Below are positions 45,422-53,242 of a stretch of 64,000 nt of DNA, in pieces. A program made the position numbers and the translations under genes. The stretch's first letter is position 1; each line of letters opens with the position of its first letter. This stretch comes from Candidatus Woesebacteria bacterium (GTDB taxonomy: Bacteria > Patescibacteriota > Microgenomatia > UBA10105 > UBA927). The notes below the pieces were generated by a model. The model did no database searches. It saw only the letters and a list, made by a program, of their open reading frames with translations, and was not told where the DNA came from. Location: NCBI GenBank assembly GCA_018062625.1, contig JAGORV010000005.1, positions 86-64,085 on the forward strand, in the 5' to 3' direction.

Positions 45422-45937
45422 ATGACTACCATCTCTCATGTAGCAGTGGGCGTAATCATCACTCGATATTTTATTGAGCATGGTATCCTTCCCAATGTTG
45501 GCATCGCCCCGTATGTTCTTGGAGTAACATTTGCAAATATACCCGATATTGATGGATTGATTTCCATGCGACGCATTTACGATCACCATAACACGCTAAA
45601 AAACATGACACACTATCCTGCAAATTGGCTCTTTGTGATCTGCTTTACGGCTATCTTAGGATTATTTACTCACATTCCACATTTTTATAACTATCTAGCC
45701 CTCGTGAGTATAAATGTGCTACTGCATTTTGTACTCGATACATTTTCTATATACGGAGGCATAGCATGGCTTGGACCTTGGAATAAGAAAAAATATAGCT
45801 TTATCAAAATTCTTCCGTATGTACCGAGCAACACACATGAATGGGTACACTGGTATATGAAGCACTGGATACTCTATATGGAAATTGCACTCTGGATTAT
45901 CGCAGCGCTCATCATCGCGCATCAATTTATCCAGTAG
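45422..45937 (+). CDS. membrane-bound metal-dependent hydrolase-like protein (YdjM/DUF457-like)
   Basis: Start at ATG 45422 (MTTISHVAVG). His/Asp-bearing TM helices. Confidence 0.45.
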   Translation: MTTISHVAVGVIITRYFIEHGILPNVGIAPYVLGVTFANIPDIDGLISMRRIYDHHNTLKNMTHYPANWLFVICFTAILGLFTHIPHFYNYLALVSINVLLHFVLDTFSIYGGIAWLGPWNKKKYSFIKILPYVPSNTHEWVHWYMKHWILYMEIALWIIAALIIAHQFIQ

Positions 45938-45950
45938 TCCTATCGAGGAA

Positions 45951-46457
45951 TTATTTCTTTCTCCCACTACCCCAGCGTTTCCAATTGGGATTCATGTGTC
46001 CAAGCTGGACAATATCATCTGCAATGTCAAAAAGATAATGACTCACCATGGCGCCGAGCAACACCACACCCACTTCCCAATCTATAAATGATGAAGCCGC
46101 CGCACAAATCATGAGAATTCCGACAACGTAAATGTTGTGATAAGACAAACTTGTATTGTATTTATGCCCTGTGGCGACAAAGTGAAACAAATTACGCCAC
46201 TCATGATGGGATATATAGGACATCACTTGTTTGGTATAACTATCATTCCTGCCGTAGCCCAAAAAATATCGTATATGTTCCACGTCTGGCAACACTGATC
46301 CAATTACCGCTGTCCACACCCACTTCTGATTAAACTCTCCCCATCGTTCACGCAAAAACCACGCCCAAAGCAACCCAAGCATCACATGATAGGCCATGTG
46401 TCTCGATTGCCACAATATATAGCCCAATCCTCGAATACGTGCGATAGATCGTCGCAT
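45951..46457 (-). CDS. His-rich membrane protein, possibly YdjM-like
   Basis: 168 aa, 4-5 TM helices, many His. Weak call. Confidence 0.3.
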   Translation of the reverse strand: MRRSIARIRGLGYILWQSRHMAYHVMLGLLWAWFLRERWGEFNQKWVWTAVIGSVLPDVEHIRYFLGYGRNDSYTKQVMSYISHHEWRNLFHFVATGHKYNTSLSYHNIYVVGILMICAAASSFIDWEVGVVLLGAMVSHYLFDIADDIVQLGHMNPNWKRWGSGRKK

Positions 46458-46531
46458 AAATAACTCCTACTCCCAGTATACCCAAAATAAATGCTTTGAC
46501 AAATAAATAAAAACTGTGCATAGTATTTATA

Positions 46532-47272
46532 ATGTCAGTAGCCCATAAATCCACGTATATCCCTTCTATATTAGGACTTATCGCTCTATTTGGAGTAGCT
46601 ATGGCATTTATTGCCTTACCTCTGCGAGAACTTACTCAGAACAATCAGTCGCTTGCAGATCCTATAAGTCTACAGATGCTTATAGAAGGTAAATCACTCC
46701 CGCAGCCACAGGAGCAGTCCGAGGCAATGTTTCACAAACAATTTGCCATACCACCAGCGCTGGCAAGTCTTCAGCAAAAACGGGGTGTTTTGGGAGTCAC
46801 AACTGGTGCTGTAGAAGCAGAAAAACGCATTGAGGTAGATCTCTCTCATCAAAAAGTTTACGCATTTGAGGGTAACACAAAGGTATATGAATTTATTATT
46901 TCTAGTGGCAAATGGGGTCGCACACCCACCGGTGAGTTTCGCATATGGACAAAGGTAAAAAGTCAGCTTATGAAAGGTGGAGATCCAAATCTAGGCACCT
47001 ACTACTATTTACCAAATGTTCCATGGGTCATGTTTTTTTATAATGACCAGATCGCCAAAATGCGTGGCTTTAGCTTTCACGGCACGTATTGGCACGACAA
47101 CTTTGGGTATCCTATGAGTCATGGATGCGTAAATATGAGAAGTAGCGAAGCCAAACTGCTCTACGATTGGGCGTCACCAAGCGTGACAAACGAATCAGCA
47201 TGGTCCACATCTGCCTCAGCAGAGAATCCTGGAACACGCGTAATCATCTACGGCGAAGCTCCTACGGAATAA
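46532..47272 (+). CDS. L,D-transpeptidase (YkuD domain)
   Basis: FHGTYWHDNFGYPMSHGCVNM catalytic motif and an N-terminal TM helix. Confidence 0.9.
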   Translation: MSVAHKSTYIPSILGLIALFGVAMAFIALPLRELTQNNQSLADPISLQMLIEGKSLPQPQEQSEAMFHKQFAIPPALASLQQKRGVLGVTTGAVEAEKRIEVDLSHQKVYAFEGNTKVYEFIISSGKWGRTPTGEFRIWTKVKSQLMKGGDPNLGTYYYLPNVPWVMFFYNDQIAKMRGFSFHGTYWHDNFGYPMSHGCVNMRSSEAKLLYDWASPSVTNESAWSTSASAENPGTRVIIYGEAPTE

Positions 47273-47303
47273 ACGATATAGACGTTTAGAAAGATTGTGA
47301 TCC

Positions 47304-48182
47304 TTACAAATTGAGGCTCTTGAGGTATTCTCGAAACTCACCATTGAGGTCTTTGTGTAACAGTGCGAACTCCACAACAGTTTTGAGGTATTCTAGCTTG
47401 TTGCCCGTGTCATAATACCTGCCATCTTTGATCTCACACGCATATACAGGGCGTGTCTTCATAAGCTCTCGGATAGCATCAGTAAGCCACACTTCGCCAC
47501 TTTTCCCAGGTCCAAGTTTCTCTAATATAGGAAAAATATCTGGGGTCAGCACGTAACATCCGTGAGCTGCGAGATTACTTGGCGCTTCTTCTTTCTTGGG
47601 CTTTTCTATGAGGTTTTTGATCTGATATACAGAATCCTCTACCTTAGTCGCTTCGACAATTCCGTAACGCGATACGTCATCTTTTGCCACTTGGATGGCA
47701 GATATAACAGGATCACCATACTTGTTAAACACATCGATACACTGTTTGGCGCGTGGTGGATTAGAGTAAATAAACTCATCTCCCCATATGGCGACAAACG
47801 GCTCGTCTCCAATCACGTTTTTCGCACACAACACCGGAGTGCCATTTCCGTACGGACCTTTTTGACGAATATAGATAAAGTTAGCAAGTTCCGCTGTACG
47901 CTTCACCTCTGCCATAAGTTCATGTTTACCTTGCTCTTTGAGCGTCTGGATGAGTTCGTTGGGATAATCGAAATGATCCTCAATCGATCGTTTGTGCCAC
48001 CCCGTTACTATCACAATATCGGTGATGCCACTGGCGACCAACTCTTCTACCACATACTGAATAACCGGTTTATCAACGATAGGAAGCATCTCTTTTGGCA
48101 TGGCTTTGGTCTGTGGTAAAAACCGTGTGCCAAAACCGGCTGCGGGGATAACTGCTTTACGAATTTTTTGCTGTGTTTTCAT
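47304..48182 (-). CDS. galU: UTP--glucose-1-phosphate uridylyltransferase
   Basis: KAVIPAAGFGTRFLPQTKAMPKEMLPIVDKPVIQY. Confidence 0.95.
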   Translation of the reverse strand: MKTQQKIRKAVIPAAGFGTRFLPQTKAMPKEMLPIVDKPVIQYVVEELVASGITDIVIVTGWHKRSIEDHFDYPNELIQTLKEQGKHELMAEVKRTAELANFIYIRQKGPYGNGTPVLCAKNVIGDEPFVAIWGDEFIYSNPPRAKQCIDVFNKYGDPVISAIQVAKDDVSRYGIVEATKVEDSVYQIKNLIEKPKKEEAPSNLAAHGCYVLTPDIFPILEKLGPGKSGEVWLTDAIRELMKTRPVYACEIKDGRYYDTGNKLEYLKTVVEFALLHKDLNGEFREYLKSLNL

Positions 48183-48278
48183 GTTTGTCTATTTGCTGTT
48201 AGGGCAAAAGAACGAACCAACTTTGTAATTGTACAGTTCGTGAATTTCATTTGTCAATTTGGTAAGATAAGAACACTC

Positions 48279-50180
48279 ATGAAACGAACCGCCACATTCT
48301 TCATAACCTTGTTATTATTACTCGTGGGATTTCTCTGGACGCCCCAAGTGGTACGTGCAGAAGACACAATTTTTACCACTACCCGCTTGAGTGAGTGGCA
48401 AACAAAAGCAGTGATCATATTAAACGAATTTGGATTTGATGTCGCTGGACTTATAAAACCATCTTTTGAAAGCGAAAAAGAAAACGCAATCGTAGACTAT
48501 GAGCCATTTAAAATTTACATGGATGCCTATACCCAATGGAATATGCCCGGTCAATACCTACAAGACAATAGAATTATTTTTTGGCAAGGACCTATCAAAA
48601 GATATTCTCTCTACGGCATTATTCTGAAAGCATGGTCAGAACACGGTGAAAATAACACGTCTCCCGAGTGTTACATTTCGGTAGGACCACAAGTATCCGA
48701 ACCAATCCCCAACTTGCCAGAGCTTACCACGAGTGGAGAATTGATTGGGAGTATGCGTGGATTACTACCAAAAGAGACAAACGATGCTGGTGTCATAGAC
48801 ACCACAAAACCTACTAATCTTGGTATAGGAGGCATGAATGCTGGTGAGGATTGCAAAAAACAAACATCCGGAGTCGAATGGAAACCGTTTGCCAATCCAC
48901 AACAACGGCTTTCATCATTTGCTGGTGGCTCTAGTGTACTTGCACACATGTTAGAAACCATCATGGTCATCGTCGAGCGAATTGTTCGCCTTGCGGGTGG
49001 TGGCACACAAGTTGAACTCCATGAAGAACCACTAAAAGAAGTTACCAATCGCATGGGTATACTTACTAAAAAAACGAAACAATGGTACCAACAAATACTC
49101 TGTCAATTTGGATCAACTCCATGCCCAAGTAATCAAGTTGGCGACTACTCAAAAAATCTCGATGTTACCGGTGGTTGGCCTGCAGGATTTATCGGTGCAA
49201 ATGAACAAAAAAAGGTCAATCCTCATCTAGAGCTAGAGGATCAAATAGAAGTGGTAAACCTAAGAGCAGGAAAGATGCGAGAACCAGAAGCTGTAGCAAA
49301 TCAACTCCTCACCGGCCTTGCCGAAGCCAGTTGCACCGTCGTACCTGCTGGAAAATTGCAAGCTGAAGCTGTGATGGGAAAAGCCGGTGCTAAAAATGCC
49401 ATCAAAATAAAACCATGGTGCAGAGATGAAATAGAAGAAACGGGCAAATGCCCAATAGATCTGATCGAAAAAGGGCTCGCTAAATCTAGCATGTCATGTA
49501 ATTTAAAAAACCCTGGTGCATATGCATCATCAAACACCTATCTCACGAGCCTTGAAAAACAAGCACTGCCTAACGGTGTGTCTCCCCTCATGCAAAAAGT
49601 TCTAGAAGCAGCTGGTGCTACATATAATGTCCCTGCATCAGTATTACTGGGCACCATGCTCGAAGAAGGGTCATTTAATCACGCGGACGTATGGAGCTGG
49701 ACCGATGAAAACGTACGATTATTTAGCGACTGCACAACTATGGACCCAATGCCAAGCTGTCGTGAATTTGGCGATGCGACCTCAGAAGGAGCTACTGGAC
49801 CGTTCGGATTTATCGCAAATTGGTGGCAAAACTATATCGAATCAGATGGTCCATACAAAGCATATCTGACCGATCCCAGCTGGAAAGATGCCCTAGCTAC
49901 CGCAAAACCAAACTATAGTGAATGCAACTTTGTAGATGCGGCATTTACCGCAGCAAGAGAACTTGGGGAAGATGCTAGCCATTATCAACCAGATTACGTA
50001 CCACCAGCGCCACAAACTTGTACAATCGATGGAGCCACATACAACACAAACATCTCATTCATACCGGCCTCATGTAGTAGCTGGACCGCAGATACAGTAG
50101 CTCTCGCACGTATGCAATATGGAGATCGTACATGTAGCGCAGATGTGGGTCGCATGATACGCACATATAAAGGTATCTAA
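48279..50180 (+). CDS. large secreted protein with a possible C-terminal lysozyme-like (SLT-like) domain
   Basis: Start at ATG 48279 (signal peptide MKRTATFFITLLLLLVGFLW). LLGTMLEEGSFNH...GATGPFGFI resembles the ES...GAxGLMQ pattern. Confidence 0.45.
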   Translation: MKRTATFFITLLLLLVGFLWTPQVVRAEDTIFTTTRLSEWQTKAVIILNEFGFDVAGLIKPSFESEKENAIVDYEPFKIYMDAYTQWNMPGQYLQDNRIIFWQGPIKRYSLYGIILKAWSEHGENNTSPECYISVGPQVSEPIPNLPELTTSGELIGSMRGLLPKETNDAGVIDTTKPTNLGIGGMNAGEDCKKQTSGVEWKPFANPQQRLSSFAGGSSVLAHMLETIMVIVERIVRLAGGGTQVELHEEPLKEVTNRMGILTKKTKQWYQQILCQFGSTPCPSNQVGDYSKNLDVTGGWPAGFIGANEQKKVNPHLELEDQIEVVNLRAGKMREPEAVANQLLTGLAEASCTVVPAGKLQAEAVMGKAGAKNAIKIKPWCRDEIEETGKCPIDLIEKGLAKSSMSCNLKNPGAYASSNTYLTSLEKQALPNGVSPLMQKVLEAAGATYNVPASVLLGTMLEEGSFNHADVWSWTDENVRLFSDCTTMDPMPSCREFGDATSEGATGPFGFIANWWQNYIESDGPYKAYLTDPSWKDALATAKPNYSECNFVDAAFTAARELGEDASHYQPDYVPPAPQTCTIDGATYNTNISFIPASCSSWTADTVALARMQYGDRTCSADVGRMIRTYKGI

Positions 50181-50242
50181 CAACATTGAGCTATACCCCA
50201 CTCTTTACACAGTATGAGGATTTTGGTATTATAAAGATTGTC

Positions 50243-50265
50243 GTCCCCGGGGAGGGGGCTTTTGT
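50243..50265 (+). terminator. intrinsic terminator candidate
   Basis: TCCCC-GGGGA-GGGGG followed by CTTTTGTT. Confidence 0.45.
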
Positions 50266-50277
50266 TAGGTAAACATC

Positions 50278-50490
50278 ATGGATAAGCCAAGCGTTAATCT
50301 GCCAAAGTCTGCGCCAACTAAATTTTTTAGTGAAGTAGCAGCAGAACTTCGCAAAGTCACTTGGCCGACACGTGCAGAAACGACCAAACTGACCATAGCA
50401 GTGATCGTAATTTCACTAGCAGTTGGACTGTTTGTAGGGGGACTTGATATACTATTTTTGAACATAACATCATCACTTTTTAGAAAATAA
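50278..50490 (+). CDS. secE: preprotein translocase subunit SecE
   Basis: FFSEVAAELRKVTWPTRAET followed by a single TM helix. Directly upstream of nusG. Confidence 0.9.
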   Translation: MDKPSVNLPKSAPTKFFSEVAAELRKVTWPTRAETTKLTIAVIVISLAVGLFVGGLDILFLNITSSLFRK

Positions 50491-50492
50491 AT

Positions 50493-51095
50493 ATGATAGA
50501 CGAACCAGTAAAGTCAACAGAAGCAGTGGCTCCAATCGATCCGATAGTCGATAAACCAGTCATAGATTCCAGTGCCGGCCGATGGTATGTGGTACACACC
50601 TACTCTGGTCACGAGAATAAAGTCGCAGCAAACCTCAGACAACGCGTAGAAACTCAAAAACTCACACTCAAAATCTTTGACATCGTCGTCCCTACTCGTA
50701 ATGTAGTGAAAGTTTCTCATGGCAAAAAAGAGGAAATAAAAGAAAAGATTTTCCCAGGATACATCTTGGTAAAAATGATTCTTGCAGACGATAGCTGGTT
50801 GGCTGTACGGACCACACAAGGCGTTACCGCATTCGTAGGAGCAGGAAACAAACCAACCCCTATCTCTGATCGTGAAGTTGAAGCTATTCGTAAATTTATG
50901 GCTATGGAAGCACCTAAATACAAAGCTTCCTTCTCTGTGTCTGAGGCAGTGAAAATCGTGGACGGGCCGTTTGCAGACTTCCTTGGTACAATCGACTCTA
51001 TCGACGAAGAAAAAGGCAAAGTCAAAGTACTCGTCTCTATCTTTGGTCGTGAAACACCAGTCGAACTCGACTTCCTACAGATCGCAAAGCTTTAA
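50493..51095 (+). CDS. nusG: transcription antitermination factor NusG
   Basis: WYVVHTYSGHENKV NGN domain and the KOW motif VKIVDGPFADFLGTI. Confidence 0.95.
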   Translation: MIDEPVKSTEAVAPIDPIVDKPVIDSSAGRWYVVHTYSGHENKVAANLRQRVETQKLTLKIFDIVVPTRNVVKVSHGKKEEIKEKIFPGYILVKMILADDSWLAVRTTQGVTAFVGAGNKPTPISDREVEAIRKFMAMEAPKYKASFSVSEAVKIVDGPFADFLGTIDSIDEEKGKVKVLVSIFGRETPVELDFLQIAKL

Positions 51096-51098
51096 CTC

Positions 51099-51352
51099 CT
51101 ACCTACTTACCCATCTTGTCAGAATTTGACGATCTTTCCGTTGTCGCTTATGACGCATCGCAAACAAAAGCTTTTGCTCAACAAGCTCCACTGCGCTAAT
51201 CTCGTCTGCTTCGTAGATTATCTCTTCACCTTTCATAGCAGCACGCCATGCTTTTTGTGATGCCCGTTGATAAGACATACGCACGTCAGGATCTAATCTG
51301 GCTACAATGAGATCGCGTATATGCGTGTGTTTTTCAAATCCTCAATAGACAT
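51099..51352 (-). pseudogene. small ORF split between two frames
   Basis: ATG 51352 opens MSIEDLKNTRIYAISL*. The 61-aa ORF (GTG 51284) continues in the -1 frame, which stays open upstream (GFEKHTHIRDLIVARLDPDV) back to an in-frame TGA about 12 nt after the ATG. Confidence 0.35.
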
Positions 51353-51360
51353 ACCCCGAG

Positions 51361-51388
51361 ATTATACGCGTATCCTTGAAAGGATCAA
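51361..51388 (-). promoter_or_regulatory. promoter TTGATC-N16-TATAAT, 8 nt before ATG 51352
   Basis: Read on the minus strand. The -35 box lies a few nt downstream of the 415-aa gene's stop codon (51393-51395). Confidence 0.55.
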
Positions 51389-51392
51389 GCGC

Positions 51393-52583
51393 TTATTGGT
51401 TTGACTTATAGAAGACGTAGCCACCAAATCCGACTGCGGCGATAACCATAATAAGGATGATCGTACCGAATCCAAATCCACCGCCACCCACAGAAGTAAA
51501 CTGTTTGGTGACTTGCCCCTGTGCACCATCTTTGGTCGCAACGACAAGCACACTTTTTGGTCCGGGCGTAAGCTTTTTGGTAGGTCTAAATGACCATTTA
51601 CCATTCTTATCTGCAAATACTTCTGCTCCTATCCCGTCGGGATATATGGTTACTGTGATTTTCGCATCCGGTTCACTGGTTCCTGAAATCGTGGGTTGCA
51701 GATTGGTTTGAGACTTTCCATCGGTAAATCCTCCTACGGTAAGCGCGAGCAATCTCCCACCTCCTGAGACTCCTGGGCCACTGGTGGGGGTGGCAAATAT
51801 AAACGATCCGCCATTGCTATCCTCGCAGAGACATCCCGGTTTTTCTGGGCACAACTTATTCCGACACGCATGGAGCGTGCCAAAAACTGTGGTGCATCCC
51901 AAATTCAGCTGACAGTCATTATCTGTGGTACAAGATTTTCCACACACATCGATAAGTGAAGGAGTTTTGGTGGGGGTAGGCGTAATCGTAGGTCTCACGG
52001 TCGATGTTGGACGAGGTACAGATGTTGGCCTCGGTGTCGATGTTGGCCTCGGTGTCGATGTAGGACGTGGTGTACCTGTGGCACTCGGGTATGGAGTGTA
52101 GGTAGGATATGGTGTATAGGTAGGAATAGGAGTGTTTGTAGTCGCTGGTCTCGTCGTCGCTGTCGGAGCTGTAGATGGAGCCACACATGGTCCTTCATAC
52201 ACATTCCCAGCACACGCGGTCATCGTAGTCGTCCATCTCTGCCCCATCCCCGGACAGCAATACTGTTGGCCACCGCATAATCCTACTCGACCCGCAGTAT
52301 TACACAGCTGTTGATCACCATCAGGCTCTGCAGGACAGTTCGTGACATTACGTATATCGTACGCACCACTGACTAAACACTGATTACAATTATCTAGCTG
52401 ACATCCTGCTGCTTTTTGTCGCAACTCTGTGGGCTGTACTGCAGCAAGTACCGATAATACGATACCAATTCCCACGACTAGAAGGAATATTATTGTACGC
52501 AAATCAAATCCTTTTCTTCGAGAAGAAGAAAATGCAACGGATTTCTTGCTGGATTTACGTGCCAATGATTTCTTTGCTTTCAT
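51393..52583 (-). CDS. Cys-rich, Pro/Thr-repeat surface protein with N- and C-terminal TM helices and an Ig-like module
   Basis: Start at ATG 52583 (MKAKKSLARK). Two Cys clusters, a TPRPTS repeat, and a C-terminal anchor IILIMVIAAVGFGGYVF. Confidence 0.6.
   Translation of the reverse strand: MKAKKSLARKSSKKSVAFSSSRRKGFDLRTIIFLLVVGIGIVLSVLAAVQPTELRQKAAGCQLDNCNQCLVSGAYDIRNVTNCPAEPDGDQQLCNTAGRVGLCGGQQYCCPGMGQRWTTTMTACAGNVYEGPCVAPSTAPTATTRPATTNTPIPTYTPYPTYTPYPSATGTPRPTSTPRPTSTPRPTSVPRPTSTVRPTITPTPTKTPSLIDVCGKSCTTDNDCQLNLGCTTVFGTLHACRNKLCPEKPGCLCEDSNGGSFIFATPTSGPGVSGGGRLLALTVGGFTDGKSQTNLQPTISGTSEPDAKITVTIYPDGIGAEVFADKNGKWSFRPTKKLTPGPKSVLVVATKDGAQGQVTKQFTSVGGGGFGFGTIILIMVIAAVGFGGYVFYKSNQ
51995..52090. 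repeat. roughly five tandem 18-bp units inside a CDS
   Basis: gtgtcgatgttggcctcg repeated (two perfect copies plus degenerate ones). Encodes (T/S)PRPTS. Confidence 0.8.
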
Positions 52584-52680
52584 AACGATAGATATGATCT
52601 CACAGTACTGTATATCATCATGCCGAATTTTTCGACCCAAATCAAGAGGCAGGCAGAACTAAATCGAAAAATATACCCCG

Positions 52681-52709
52681 TTGATTTTCGGCCTTTATTT
52701 TGGTATAGT
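52681..52709 (+). promoter_or_regulatory. promoter TTGATT-N17-TATAGT upstream of rplK
   Basis: Followed by a ~95-nt leader containing the hairpin CCTCGA-aactc-TCGAGG. No SD before the rplK ATG. Confidence 0.5.
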
Positions 52710-52803
52710 ACTGATTACCTCGAAACTCTCGAGGGAGAAACAGGAATGTTTCGAAAGATAGTTTGCTCCGCATTCACTCCTTTCGTAATATTCCCCAACC
52801 ACT

Positions 52804-53229
52804 ATGGCAGCAAAGAAAGTAAAAACATTACTCAAATTAAACCTAAAAGCAGGTGAAGCAACCGCAGCTCCTCCAGTGGGACCAGCACTAGGTCAACATG
52901 GACTCAATATCATGGAGTTTGTGAAATCCTACAATGAAAAGACAGCCAAGCTCAAAGGTCAGATCATTCCAGCAGTTATCACCGTATTTGACGATCGTAC
53001 ATTTACCTTTATCACCAAGCTTCCTCCAGTGGCAGCGATGATCAAAAAGGCACTCGGAATCGAAAAAGGTGGCGGTAAAGCAGGTCGAGAATCCGCAGGA
53101 AAACTCACAAAAGCACAGGTCACACAAATAGCGACCGACAAACTCGGCGATTTAAACACAGACAACGTCGCAGCAGCTTCTAAAGTAGTAGAAGGCACTG
53201 CTCGAAGCATGGGTATACAGGTAGAGTAA
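52804..53229 (+). CDS. rplK: 50S ribosomal protein L11
   Basis: KLNLKAGEATAAPPVGPALGQHGLNIMEF. Confidence 0.95.
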   Translation: MAAKKVKTLLKLNLKAGEATAAPPVGPALGQHGLNIMEFVKSYNEKTAKLKGQIIPAVITVFDDRTFTFITKLPPVAAMIKKALGIEKGGGKAGRESAGKLTKAQVTQIATDKLGDLNTDNVAAASKVVEGTARSMGIQVE

Positions 53230-53242
53230 TTTTTATAAAACT

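Noticed and set aside
51320-51340. Programmed -1 ribosomal frameshift joining the two frames of the small ORF.
   Set aside because: The overlap contains only G-AAA-AAC (five A's), not a canonical X-XXY-YYZ heptamer, and no obvious downstream stimulatory structure was seen. A mutation or homopolymer sequencing error is more likely.
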